From Eledone cirrhosa (Eukaryota): 64,000 nt of DNA. This document shows positions 1-13,464 of this stretch, in pieces; position 1 is the stretch's first letter, and every line of letters begins with the position of its first letter. The notes below the pieces were generated by a model. The model had not been told where the DNA came from and searched no databases. It saw only the letters and a program-made list of their open reading frames with translations. Both the position numbers and the translations under genes were made by a program. The stretch covers positions 201,004,001 to 201,068,000 of the forward strand of contig OZ024740.1 in NCBI GenBank assembly GCA_964016885.1. Reading direction: 5' to 3'.

Positions 1-157
<157 letters not shown>

Positions 158-1762
158 CTATGCATGTATATTATTCCAGTAAGCAGAGTCAAGGAAATAG
201 GCGTTTCGTTCAACTAATATGCCAGATTTTTGCACCATATTTTCATAGATTTAGTCATTCCTACTAACTCAACGTAGTTTTCAGGATTGAAATATTGTAT
301 ATCTTACGAGTTAAAAGATGAACATGTAACAAACAAGTTGCTTCTCTCCCAGCCTTACATTGAAAACTTTCAAGTACATGTTCGAAGTAGTTATCATATT
401 GCAAGGCATAAACTTCTTGAATGAGAATGTCATTAGTGAGAAATGGAAGAAGTTATCTACAAACAATATTAATGACAAGATAACCAGCACGATTACATCA
501 AGTAGAATAAATCACCTGCCATTGCAAGAAATAAAGCTGAATGCCACATCCATTTTCCTTGTAACAATACTGCTATTATTGAATGATAAATTGAATGTCA
601 CTCAATTATCTTAATTATCAATTCTGGCGATATTCTGACTCGAATTGAAGGTAAACATTATATACATAATTCAAGTGATCAGTCACATGTTTCTCGTTAA
701 GTTTTCGACATGACTTGTGAGGATTTCATGTAATATCAAGAAGAATATTTCAACACTCTTTAGCTCAAGGGTTACTGAAAACTAGAAAAGAAAACGCTAA
801 ACTGATTGAGCTTATTTTTATATTGGCTCTAACACTCTCATAAAAGTACTTTCCAAGCTAGATTTTACATTGAAAGTGTATATTACCTGTGAGGACTGAT
901 ATATATCAGCTAGAAGGATTTTTTTTATAATGAAAACTAACAGATTTTAAACATGACTATACTTCTTATTTTATAGCAGTGGCAACTTCTGACCAAGACT
1001 GTTAATATCCCTAGAAAAGCAGGTAAAATGAAAGTTAGAAAATAGTACAAAACTCTCAAGAAAGCTGGATAGCAGAAGGTCTTCAGAAAAGAACCCCTTC
1101 TCCTTAACCAAAGGTTTCGGCCCTTAGTTTCTTACACACGGGGGTGGGGCACCTGCATCCAGGTCATGACTCCTTGGTGCCCTGTTGCTGACATTTTACC
1201 ATTAAGATATCTAAGAGTTGTGAATTTAAACCGTTTAGAGATTTTGTTGAAAGGATCTAGCTGGAACTCTTTTGCGTCAACTCTGCTTTATTGAGTTTGG
1301 AAACATAACATTGTAGTCATGGTAGCTGGGAGACAGTATCACCGCTGCTGCCAATCCTATGACCACGACTCACTTACAATAATGAACTAATTAACTACCT
1401 ATCGCTGACTTTTATTTTATTTTCATTGTTCTGTACACACACACACATATATAAATAACTCCGTAACTTGGGCAGATTCTTCTTCGACGAGACCTTACGC
1501 GGTGGTCGCCTACCACAAACACTACTGAAAACAACGCTTAATCTCACTGAAACCATCATTCCAAGCACACATTGAGTTCTAACAACGTTATCAACCCCAC
1601 CACAAGCAGGTAGAAAAGAATGTAAATATATATATATATTTTTTTTTTTTACATTCTTTAACTATATATTAAACTCTTTATTACATTCTTTAACTATATA
1701 TATGTAGATTTAACACTTCACTGCTCGCAAGTGTTTTTTAAGCTTCATATCATGTCTCCCTA

Positions 1763-1826
1763 TGTTATCTGATGAGAACGCAAATATCATACCATGATGA
1801 TATTTGTTTTTGAAATGCGCATAATA
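1763..1826 (+). ncRNA. Decayed minimal type-I hammerhead ribozyme
   Basis: tgttat-CTGATGA-[caaatatcat/atgatatttg hairpin]-GAAA-tgcg-c-ataata; the cleavage triplet is not intact. Confidence 0.5.
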
Positions 1827-1882
1827 AAATACATGGAACTCTTTTAACCATCTTTTGATTTTATATTATATATATATATTAA

Positions 1883-3228
1883 TTCATCATTGAGCCACAT
1901 CGTGAATGGTTGCCAAAAACATATATATATCTATGACTTTGTCTAGTTTGTGTATATGTAAATCTTTATATTTGATAATCTCCCATAAGGTTGAGATGCA
2001 ATTTAGGCAATATTAGGCTGCGCTTTCTAGCAACCAGCCCACTCGCCGTAAGGTACCAATCCCATTCTTTCTGACTTGACCACTGCCACGTCACAGTTCT
2101 TAGCCATTTTGAATTCGTTTCTGGCGGGGATCATTTAAGAAAAATCTTCGTCCATGTGAGTTTGTTTCCTGATGATTTCGAAGCTCGAGAATTTATCCTC
2201 GATCGGATATTTCCAAAACCGAATGAAACCCCAATGGGTAGAAACTTAATCCTGGTATGTTTATATACATTTTATCTTCTATCTTTAATTTTATACCTAA
2301 TTGTGTATGGTTGACGATATATTTAAGCGATTTCCACGTGCTATTGAAATGCTGGGTAGATATTCTATAGCTGTTGATCGCGAATAGATGGCTGTCGTTT
2401 ATTTATCTATTATTTCTTCATAGGTGCCTTTTAATCTTATAGCCTGCTTTAATTGGTCTTTTGTGTGGTTGATTATGCTGATCGGGAGAGCAAATGGTGT
2501 ATATATCTTACAAAATGATTCTATGTACATACTTTATAGTATATTGCTCTGATTATTTAATTCATTTATTCATCATTGAGCCACATCGTGAATGGTTGCC
2601 AAAAACATATATATATATTTCTATGACTTTGTCTAGTTTGTGTATATGTAACTCTTTATATTTAATAATCTCGCATAAGGTTGAGATGCAATTTAGGCAA
2701 TATTAGGCTGCGCTTTCTAGCAACCAGCCCACTCGCCGTAAGGCAACAATCACATTCTTTCTAATTTGACCACTGCCACGTCACAGTTCTTAGCCATTTG
2801 AATTCGTTTCTAGCGGGGATCATTTAAGAAAAATCTTTGTCCAAGTGAGTTTGTTTCCTGATGATTTCGAAGCACGACAATTTATCCTCGATCGGATATT
2901 TCCAATAGCGAATGAAATCCCAAGGGGTAGGAACGTAATCCTGGTATGTTTATATACATTTTTGTCTTCTAAATGTAATGTTATACCTAATTGTGTATGG
3001 TTGACGATATATTTATTCGATTTCCACGTGCTATTGAAATGCTGCGTAGATATTCTATAGCTGTTTATCGCGAATAGATGGCTGTCGTTTATTTATCTAT
3101 TGTTTCTTCATAGGTGCCTTTTAATCTTATAGCCTGGTTTAATTGTTTTTGTGTGTGGTTGATTATGCTGATTGGGAGAGCAAATGGTCTATATATCTTA
3201 TCAAATGATTCTATGGACATACTTTATA

Positions 3229-3232
<4 letters not shown>
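1883..3232 (+). mobile_element. ~686-bp tandem non-coding repeat (about 2 units) between (TA)n; PLE-pLTR-like family
   Basis: ttcatcattgagccacatcgtgaatgg recurs at 1883 and 2569; related sequence at 24903-25350 and 26925-27215. Confidence 0.8.
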
Positions 3233-3260
<28 letters not shown>

Positions 3261-3295
3261 GTATATATCTGTGTATATATATATATATATCTGTG

Positions 3296-3456
<161 letters not shown>

Positions 3457-3505
3457 AGAATGAAGATTAACATGGTTGGCTGTACAATAAGGGCTTTATT
3501 TAAAG

Positions 3506-3614
3506 TACTGACAATTGTTTCGTTGATCATGTGAGTCTAGAGTTCGCTAATCGCTTGATATTGCGTTATTCGATCTCCAATACATTATTCACATATGGTC
3601 AACACATCAGAGCA
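3506..3614 (-). ncRNA. Hammerhead ribozyme with long helix II
   Basis: tgct-CTGATGT-gttgacc...atcaac-GAAA-caattg-TC-agta; palindromic helix III; A9 altered. Confidence 0.65.
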
Positions 3615-4235
3615 TGTAGATATGAAAATAATTCACGCGAGGCAAGACTTATATAGAGAAATAGTGTATAATTAAAACAATAACATCAATAATAAAATAG
3701 CGTATAATATAAACAATAACATCAATAATAAATAGGTAGAGAAGTTACAGATGTAAAAAGTAAAAGTAGAATAAAGGATAGGGTACATAAAAAAGTAAGA
3801 AAATGAGAGAATGGAAAATATAAAGAGATAAATAAATAAATAAGTGAGATCATGTAAGTACATAGTAGTAGTTTTTGAGTAAGTGTTCTTATAAGGATTC
3901 GTTGGTAGGAAGCTAGATTTTAGACGTACATAGATACGTGTAGAGGGTCCGATAAAAGAGACAATAAATTAGTGATTAATTGCTGGATGTATGTATGATA
4001 TTTATGGGCTACGGATGACGGGACATTTGTTAAACGCTTGTTGTAAATGTTTTGCTGATTGTTCTATCTTAATGGGGTTGATGTTGTTTCAGGGAGAGAG
4101 GGTGAAAGAAATGTTCAGAGATTTATGATCCAGTGACCAGCTGGCTGTTTGATAGCTAATAGCAGTGCGATGGTGTGTATTCTATATGTTAAAATCTAGG
4201 TGGTTCAGTACTAATTCTGGGATTGCTAGTTCAAT

Positions 4236-4895
4236 TCATGGTGGTTTAAAGTTTGTAAATCTAGTAGCTATCTTATGTCTACAGAAAATAGATCTTTCTA
4301 TTTTGCTGTTAAGCAGCATTCCATCGTACCTTAAAATATGTAGTAGTTCTAAATTACAAAGCCCGCAGTGGGACATACCGTTGCTGTAGGCTTTCGCTAC
4401 CGATAATTTTGACCAGCTAATGTTATATTCTAGGTTTCTGTCCTTAAGTTGCCAGATTTTATTGGCGAGCGTAGTAGAGTTCTCCAGTGCACGGTTCTTC
4501 ATGGAGTGTCTGTGGAGGTACCACCTTTTCTTAAACTCCCCAGACGTGGAACCTATGTAGTGCCAGGTAGAATTGCCTGAATTCACAGTACACCGGTATA
4601 CCATACTTGAATCCAGGCATCTATTCCGTAGTGGGCACTTATCCGGTAGGTGGCAGTTACAATTTGAGGTTTTATTTCGTGCAGGTTCATCGTTGCGGTT
4701 TTGTAAGTTGTTGTGGGTGGGTTGTGATTTAGGCCTATTAATATTTTGTTATGATGTGTTCCGATGCGTTTGTGGTTGTGATGTTATGTGTTTCTGTTTT
4801 GTATTTGGTGCTATGGTGCGTGTTGGTAGGTTAATTTCTTTAGAGATATGTTTGTGGTTGATCTTACGTATGTGCGATTCTATGTTGGCTGCAGT
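4236..4895 (-). pseudogene. PLE linker plus GIY-YIG endonuclease (Hydra-type)
   Basis: ORF 4236-4604: VYRCTV...HYIGSTSGEFKKRWYLHRHS...HCGLCNLE...FCRH. Confidence 0.85.
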
Positions 4896-5555
4896 ATATC
4901 ATCAACGTAGCCGGAGTACATTATCAGGGTTAAGATGTTGCTGTCTTCTAATAGTTCTTTAAGTTTAAGTTTAAGTCTATTGTCCCATCATAGGTTAGCT
5001 ATGTCACCTGCAATGCTAACATCAATGGCTACTCCCTCCTCTTGGGCATATGTTTTTCCATTAAATTTGAACATATGTTCCTTAAGGGTTAATTTTATAC
5101 TGCCCCCCGCATGTGCAATCCTTTTCTTTAGTTCATCGTGGTTTTCGGGGGTCCGTATGCCTCTGGTCCATCCGTTCCATCTATCTGTGTGAATTTTCTT
5201 GGCCATTGAGGTAATGGTAGGTGGTATGCCTCTTGTTGGTCTTTTAGGGCACAGGTTGCTAATGTCATATGTATCTAGATAATCGTTACTATAGGTAAGT
5301 TTAAGTAGGAGTCCCAGCTCACTGGTATCAATCCCACGGAATTCAACATTGCTCTTACTGATCATTTCTACGCATTTCTCCACAGCAAAATCCACGTCAA
5401 TGGGTGAATATAGGGACACAATATCCATACTACCTATTATGCAGTTTGTTAGGTCCCTAGATCGGTTACTTTCGCTGATTCTGCTGAGGAGGTCCTACGT
5501 GCTGTCACATATATCTGAGGACATTTCAATGATGGGGCATATGATCAGGGAGAGG
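4895..5555 (-). pseudogene. Neptune-type PLE reverse transcriptase fragment
   Basis: GSMDIVSLYSPI, FKFNGKTYAQEEGVAI, and YSGYVDDI at the junction. Confidence 0.8.
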
Positions 5556-5558
5556 AAG

Positions 5559-5618
<60 letters not shown>

Positions 5619-5684
5619 GAAGAGAGAAGGAACATTTAGATATAATTAGTAATAAAATGTATCATACCTAAACTGCTCCTAGAT

Positions 5685-5774
5685 TCCTCGACTACGTAGT
5701 TTCGTGGCATAAACAAAAACAATACATCATAAAGATATAGAGTCCTTGCGAGGTCTGCCGACTTATCAAGAGGA
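5685..5774 (-). ncRNA. Hammerhead ribozyme, U3-A8 variant, long helix II, GUC site
   Basis: tcctc-TTGATAA-gtcggca...tgccac-GAAA-ctacgtag-TC-gagga. Confidence 0.8.
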
Positions 5775-6277
5775 TACCTCATTTTACTAGCCTCAAGAAC
5801 GCGTCTACACGACGTGAGAAAGAATCCCAAAAGGCGGAGGGGGAGATAGTCACGCGATATAACGGTCGAGAAACAGAGCTAAGCCTCTTATAACCCCGAA
5901 GAAAATACCACGTAGGCGGAGGGGGTATTTATTTCGAAGCCGTAGAAGAGGTGGTGAAGGAGGCGAGAAGTATGAGTAATGGCAGCTTTCCAGCAGTCAC
6001 CACACTTCAAAGATTACTCGACCAGAGGGAGTTATTAACAATATATTTAGAAACACACAGATACATGCGGACACACACATATACATGAATGCATCCACAC
6101 CCAACCGTGAGTTAAGGGTGCCAACCTCACCGATGTTGCTCAATGAATGACTGGGACAGACCAATCCGGTTGAACCAGACTGAACCAGTATCAGAGTTAA
6201 AAATACATTATGAAGAGAGAAGGAACATTTAGATATAATTAGTAATAAAATGTATCATACCTAAACTGCTCCTAGAT

Positions 6278-6367
6278 TCCTCGACTACGTAGTTTCGTGG
6301 CATAAACAAAAACAATACATCATAAAGATATAGAGTCCTTGCGAGGTCTGCCGACTTATAAAGAGGA
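6278..6367 (-). ncRNA. Second copy of the same HHR with G5 mutated
   Basis: Core reads TTTATAA; otherwise identical to 5685-5774. Confidence 0.7.
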
Positions 6368-6694
6368 TACCTCATTTTACTAGCCTCAAGAACGCGTCTA
6401 CACGACGTGAGAAAGAATCCCAAAAGGCGGAGGGGGAGATAGTCACGCGATATAACGGTCGAGAAACAGAGCTAAGCCTCTTATAACCCCGAAGAAAATA
6501 CCACGGAGGCGGAGGGGGTATTTATATCGAAGCCGTAGAAGAGGTGGTGAAGGAGACGAGAAGTATGAGTAATGGCAGCTTTCCAGCAGTCACCACACTT
6601 CAAAGATTACTCGACCAGAGGGAGTTATTAACAATATATTTAGAAACACACAGATACATGCGGACACACACATATACATGAATGCATCCACACC

Positions 6695-6829
<135 letters not shown>

Positions 6830-6898
6830 GTATATATATGTATATATATATATATATGTATATATATATACGTATATATATGTATATATATATATGTC

Positions 6899-6933
<35 letters not shown>

Positions 6934-7063
6934 GGATATATATATATATGTATATATATATATGTATATATATATATTTATTAAAATAACAGATTATAAG
7001 ATTATATATATTATATATATTATATATATTAAAATAACAGATTAAAGTTTAACCAAAGAATCG

Positions 7064-7135
<72 letters not shown>

Positions 7136-7213
7136 AGTCCCTTGTGGAACATTGGGCGACGAGCTACTCCCACTTGATCCTGTCACTACCGGCCCTTCTA
7201 GCATCTCTCCAGG

Positions 7214-7260
<47 letters not shown>

Positions 7261-7387
7261 AAGGTTTTATTTAAAATTGTTGGGTTACAACGAGTAAATA
7301 TTTTATAACTGACATAAAAGCACTCAACAAGTTTTGGAGTAGTTTACGATATTAAACAAATGGAAACTACATTTATAAAACCATATT

Positions 7388-7453
7388 TATTTCATTATAT
7401 ATATTTCAGGGATATCATATTAAAAATATGGTATGCCCTCTTCAGACAAAATA
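7388..7453 (-). ncRNA. Minimal type-I hammerhead ribozyme
   Basis: tattttgt-CTGAAGA-ggg...cct-GAAA-tatata-TA-atgaaata. Confidence 0.8.
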
Positions 7454-7763
7454 CAATATATAAACAGTTTTATAAATAAATTTGACATACCTTAAAACTT
7501 TACAACTTCCATTTAAAAAAGTTGTTATGGTAGTGAAAATGTTAAGGACAGTTAGAAAGAAAGACGAAGAGAAAAAAAGAAAGAAAGAAAGAAAGAAATT
7601 GTATAGTGCTAAGGACAGTTAGAGAGGAAGGCGAAGAAAATGAAGAAATGTATGTAAAGAAAAAAAGAAAAAAACAACAGAGCGAGATAGAGAGAGAGAG
7701 ATATGGGAGAGAGAAAGATGAATAACGTACAAATGAGAGATTTAGGAGGGAAGGGGGTACTGT

Positions 7764-7804
<41 letters not shown>

Positions 7805-7854
7805 GTTATAGTGTTAAGGATACGGAGAGAAATAAAAATAAAAATAGAAATAAA

Positions 7855-8656
7855 CATCGATAATAATAGACAAACTAACCAAAATAACAACAATTTTAAT
7901 TACGGTAACAACCTTAACAACTATAATAGAAAGAATTACAATAATTCCCAAAACCAGAAAAGAAATAGAACTAGAAATATAATTTGGTTTGCCCCCCCCC
8001 CCTTCTCACTAAACATTAAAACCCACATCGCTAAACTATTTTTTAATGCTCTTGACAAACGCTTCCCTAGAACACATAAGTATCACTCAATTTTCAATAG
8101 ACATACTATAAAATTAACCTACTCGTCCACCAAAAATTTACCACAAAATATTAATAGAATAAATAATTGGAATCTAAAACCTAGCCAAAATACCGATAAT
8201 AGCCTAAACAATATTCAAGTAAACAACTGTAACTGTAGAGATAGATCTAAATGCCCGTTAAATAACAATTGCTTAGTTAAAAATATAATATACAACTGTA
8301 ATGTTAAAACTGACTTAAATTCTTTTAATTATGTTGGTTCCACCTCGACAGAATTTAAACTTCAATATAATAATCACAAGAATTCTTTCACGGATCCAAA
8401 CAAAAAATCTTCAACATCACTATCAGGCTTACTCTGGCAACTTAAACATGATAACGTTGGGTATTCGATGGTTTGGAATATAGTCTCAAGAGGGATTCCT
8501 TTTAATTCCTCTTCTGAGACGTGTGACCTCTGCGCGGAGGAGATATTCTTTATACTAAAATCTAAAAATTCCCTTAATTTACGGACCAATTTATTCAGTT
8601 GCTGCAGACATAGATTGAACTCAACTTTTAAATATAAATATAAATTTAAAATGTAG
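7855..8656 (+). pseudogene. PLE linker plus GIY-YIG endonuclease, open frame, 5'-truncated
   Basis: RNRTRNIIWFAPPPF, CNCRDRSKCPLNNNC, IYNC...YVGST, CDLC, CRH. Confidence 0.9.
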
Positions 8657-9544
8657 TATATTTACTTAAGATTTTTTAATTATTTTTTAATTATTTATGA
8701 AACTTGGCGATAAATCTTTCGATTCCTTCAATTTTTTAAACCTTCTTCATGACTATTAAACTACTTTAAATGGTGATGCTCCCAATCTATTGAATAAAAT
8801 TTTTTAAGCTAGATAAACTTCTATAATAAATATAAGAGCATCTGTAGAACAACCGGGTATCCTAAAGTTTTTTTTGAATGATTTCTGCTAAATAAGTTTT
8901 TGTTGAATAATTTTGGTTTTGTTTGCTTTTGATTCTGATTGCTTCTAATGGGCTTGGCAATATATTGTCAAATAAATTGGAAGGGTTGATTCCTGTGATT
9001 GATATGCGGGGCACACTGTGTTTTCTTACGGCCCTAGATGTTCTGGGGAGTGAAATATTCTTGGCGTTTTTAATATATTGATATCTGTTGTCTATTCTAT
9101 GCTTGAACGATAATCATGTAAGAGAGGGCAAGAATATTATTATTAATAATGTATATTTTATATATATATATATATGTATGTACATATATGTATGGTAGAA
9201 TCTTTTGTAACGCAATGAAGATTTTCATGTGAAATAAAAATTTACAGAGCTGATCACGTAAGCTCACATGTGTGTCTATAATGTCAACTTGAATTTGAGA
9301 TAACCTTCTCTTTTTCTTTCTCTCTTTTCTCTTTTCTCTTTTTTCTTTTTCTTTTTTCATGAAAATACATATATACTTATGTATTTCAGTATTTTTTTGA
9401 AGTTTTATCTCAGATTTTGATTATAAACCTAAGAATTTTTAAACTAAACATATAGTCATTATTTTTTTTTTTCACACATTATTGATATGTGTCTCATTCA
9501 TGAATATTGATATTTACATTATAATACCTAGTTCATAAGAATTG

Positions 9545-9586
9545 ATAGACTGATGAAACATAATATTTTGAAACTATCATCTTTAT
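9545..9586 (+). ncRNA. Possible decayed minimal hammerhead
   Basis: ataga-CTGATGA-...-GAAA-ctatca-TC-tttat; helices II and III are weak. Confidence 0.4.
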
Positions 9587-9811
9587 TTCTGAATATATCT
9601 CTTCTCCTCCTCCCTCTACACTTGACGGGACTTATGTATCGGCTGTTTTAACTCTACCTCCTGTATCTCACCCCTCCCCTATCTCTCCCACCTCGTATAA
9701 TAGATATTACTCGATCTACCTCTTTTCTCCCACCACCTATATCTCTTTCTACCTCTCTTTATTTATTTCTATTTTTATTTTTATTTCTCTCCGTATCCTT
9801 AACACTATAAC

Positions 9812-9852
<41 letters not shown>

Positions 9853-10021
9853 ACAGTACCCCCTTCCCTCCTAAATCTCTCATTTGTACGTTATTATCTT
9901 GCTCTCTCCCATATCTCTCTCTCTCTCTATCTCGCTCTGTTGTTTTTTTTCTTTTTTTCTTTACATACATTTCTTCATTTTCTTCGCCTTCCTCTCTAAC
10001 TGTCCTTAGCACTATACAATT

Positions 10022-10060
<39 letters not shown>

Positions 10061-10177
10061 CTTCGTCTTTCTTTCTAACTGTCCTTAACATTTTCACTAC
10101 CATAAACAACTTTTTTAAATGGAAGTTGTAAAGTTTTAAGGTATGTCAAATTTATTTATAAAACTGTTTATATATTG

Positions 10178-10243
10178 TATTTTGTCTGAAGAGGGCATAC
10201 CATATTTTTAATATGATATCCCTGAAATATATATAATGAAATA
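10178..10243 (+). ncRNA. Minimal type-I hammerhead ribozyme
   Basis: Inverted copy of 7388-7453. Confidence 0.8.
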
Positions 10244-10284
10244 AATATGGTTTTATAAATGTAGTTTCCATTTGTTTAATATCG

Positions 10285-10332
<48 letters not shown>

Positions 10333-10343
10333 TAACAGATTAA

Positions 10344-10394
10344 AGTTTAAGCAAAGAATCGCTGCTTTCACCCTTAACGGGATCTTCTGAAACT
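10344..10394 (-). ncRNA. Hammerhead-like motif with CAGAAGA (U4A) core
   Basis: agttt-CAGAAGA-tccc/gggt-GAAA-gca...tgc-TT-aaact. Confidence 0.65.
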
Positions 10395-11341
10395 AACAAA
10401 GTCAATCTGAAAACGCAGAAGTGGATATTTCAAAAAACCTTGCAACCGAAGGAAGACAGGAAGACGATACTTTGGTTCATGGAAACGTTCCCTGGCAAAG
10501 AATGGGGAAAAACGAATATAATACGTCATTAATAGGAGCGGTGAAAAACAATTACACGCAAAGACAGAACCACGTTTATGGTATAAAAGAAGTCGTAGAC
10601 TATTGTTCTCTTAGGTGGTTCATAGAGACGTTCTCTGGCAATGAACGGAAAAAACGAAGATAATACGTCATATGTGGATCATGGAGAACAATTGCACGCA
10701 AAGACAAAACCACGTAAATGGTATAGCTGAAGTCGTAGACTAAAATTCAAACTAGGAAACCGAATGATTCTCCGCTTCAGAGTTAAGAATAAAGTAAATA
10801 AAATACAATACAGAGGTAATTGAAATTAAATAAATACAAATAAATACATATACACATGCAAAAACGTACATACACAAGCATACGCGAAATCACTCACCAT
10901 AGGTATAAAAAACCACGCACATATAAATATGTGTGTGTTTGCGTGTATACAAATAAATAAATAATTAAATAAACGTATATAAATAAATAAATACGTATAT
11001 AACAAGCGCGCACACATACCTACATGTAAATACACAAATGTTCGGAGACGCACGTCAACCAAAACATGAAGTGCACATATACACACAGCCTACATGCGTA
11101 CGAACCCGCATACTCACACAGACGCAAAACTCCCGTATAAACATAACCAAAAGCATATGTACCAGAATATATAAAATTATACGCCATAACATATATAATC
11201 AAATATACGTACGAGAAAGTATACGTACCTTCACAAAACATGCAGGTAATATATATTTACCTATGCAAATAAGTAATGGTATAAACATAACATATACTTA
11301 GCTACCACATCAAGACGTAAAATATCCACGTATAGATCGTA

Positions 11342-13464
11342 CTATCCGTTAGGGTATAATGTGGGGCTGTAATACAGGAAAGTTTTGTGCAATTTATGTT
11401 TACAAGCCGAAATTGCCTCAGATTTTTTGTTTAAGATATGGTCTGTGGCGTAGAGTATTTCCAGGGCCTCAGCGGCGCAGAGGTCACATGGTCTTTTATT
11501 TCCGTTATACGATCAAGCCCTAGCTAGGATCTCCCAGTGTAACTTATATTGGGTGTGGTTGTCTTTTAGACTGCAGCTATAAGCTGAAAGTGACGTCATA
11601 TTCCTTCTAAGAGGGCAACGAAAAGAATGGGTATGCATGTAAAGACGCTGCTTGAATCTATTGGCGGTTAACCCTATGTAGGCCCTACTGGACGTGGGTG
11701 TTTCAACCTTACATTTGTAGACAATGTTACTAGAGAGGCATTTCCCGGATAGGGGGCAATCAACCCGATTCCTACAATTACAGTTAGTACTAACTACAGG
11801 GTTGCACATGTTCCTACGGCTAGGTAGTTTAGCTAAATTTGAGGCTGTGATGTTATGTGCTATGTTAGGAGTCGTAGAGTAATAAATTTTAATAGTATTT
11901 CTATTAAAAATGTTACTATGTTTATGTGTAGGGGGAAAATGCTTTGTAATAAGTGATAGAAAGAACTTAGCTAATGGTGTGGCCACCTCCATATTATATG
12001 GTGGGTAATACCATATAATGCGACGGGATCTATTTCTTCTAGGTCTATTCTCGTACTCTGTATATGCTACCTTATCGACAAATCCACTCCGAGCAAGAGC
12101 TTCATTGTAATAAGTGGAATGGTCGTTGAAAATATGCTCGTTAGTAGATAGACGGGAAAGCCTCAACGAAACGTTTCTTACCAGTTCTTGGTTATGCTGG
12201 CAGGATGGTTGGAATGCTTACTTATGTACTTAAGCGTATCATTCGGCTTTCTATACGGGTAATACAAACCATTCGATAAATTGAGGGTAACGTCGAGGTA
12301 ACTAACGACCGAGAGGTTGGCCTCAACCTGTATAGAGAGGTTGAAGCCTTTAAAGAAGGCTGTGAGTTCTTTTCTGAACCTGTCGCAAGCACGAGGCCCG
12401 TACTTAGTCATGGTCAAAAGACCATCATCACGGTACAAACCACCGCCCGCGTTGGGGAATTCGTCCTTGATAGAGAAAAGAAGGAAAAGGCCGATAAGAT
12501 CAGTAACCTCCGCAGAATTGCTGGCGCCCATACTCACGTCGAATGGAGTACTATTGGATTTTTTAATCCAAATAGAGTCGTCGAAATTAATCACCGACTT
12601 ACGGGCATTGAGGATGACATCAACTTCGAAGTCCTTAACCACTGTGAGTGTTTTAGCGAAATTGATAGCTCTAAGGAGAAATGGTAAAGTGATGTCGAAT
12701 TGGTATTGATGTCGAATTGGATAAAACGGCATTGTTCCTTGTTGCATATGCCGTTGAACCAATCAATCACCGCGAAAGAATTGTTCCACAGTGCAAGAGG
12801 GGCCAAACGTCTAAAATTTCAGGTATAATTCTATCAAGAATCCTTTTACTAAGTCTACCTAAATCGGACTTCGTAGGGTTAATAAGCCGAATAGAGGGGT
12901 TCTTCGGAAAATTGGATTTGTGATCCTTCAGGGTAGAGTGGGGAGAAATAGGGTCCAGAGGTTCGGTCCTGTCCAGGATGTTGAGATCAGAGGTAATTTT
13001 AAACCTAGCATCGTTGATTTCATTGATGACGCACCGATTAGTTTTACGGTAATCCTTAGTGACAGCATTATGTAGTAGTTGATGGTAAGTACTGCGCTCC
13101 ACTTGATATAGGTTGCCAGTTTTGTCGGAATAGACGTGCACGGCATTAGAATCCTTAATAGAACGAATTCTATTCTTCAGGTGCTGCTGGAATGAATTGC
13201 TCCTATTCCGAAATTTGGTACTCCGTATGAGTTCCAAGACATCATTTACGAAGGGTAGCAATTCTGGATTACACGGAGGGTTATTATAGGTTTTAAACCC
13301 AAATTTATCCTGTTTGTTGTCTGCTTTACGCGGATTATCGAAATAAAAGGCACGCCAACGCAACCTTTTAATGAACGCGTCTGTTTTCTGTATAGTTTTA
13401 GGTATGTTTTCCTGCTTGGTACAAGTACGTTCTTTGTAGAAATATTCAGATGTTGTTTCTGCAT
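11342..13464 (-). pseudogene. PLE polyprotein (RT plus C-terminal GIY-YIG) with frameshifts and one premature TGA
   Basis: MQKQHLNISTKNVLVPS start, RLINPTKSDLG, FDVSMGA, GLYRDDGL, SNHP, CNCRNRVDCPLSGKC, VYKC..YIGLT, then CDLC..CKH after the stop. Confidence 0.92.

Larger units (their letters stand above)
7258..10289 (+). mobile_element. 5'-truncated Hydra-type PLE with inverted pLTR (arms ~7343-7854 and ~9762-10288), in (TA)n
   Basis: ~510-bp inverted repeat flanking a GIY-YIG ORF; an HHR in each arm. Confidence 0.9.

Noticed and set aside
180-1000. Possible decayed coding fragment (ORF 360-614)
   Set aside because: No recognisable motif; it cannot be assigned without a homology search
2546-2581. 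Box C/D snoRNA or SECIS reading of the motif (AUGAUGA...CAGA on the minus strand)
   Set aside because: The UGA positions covary as ordinary base pairs (UGG/CCA, CG/CG), so the box sequences are not conserved
6138-6197. Antisense reading CAAUG...CAGAG as a twister ribozyme L1/P2
   Set aside because: There is no L4 (GUNNCAAGC-like) or pseudoknot partner, some copies have loops too small to hold one, and the HHR strand points the other way
11513-11515. In-frame TGA in the PLE endonuclease as selenocysteine (as in some Naiad PLEs)
   Set aside because: The aligned position is Lys/Ile in sister copies, not Cys. CGA-to-TGA decay is simpler, the element is C-terminal-EN type, and I saw no SECIS.
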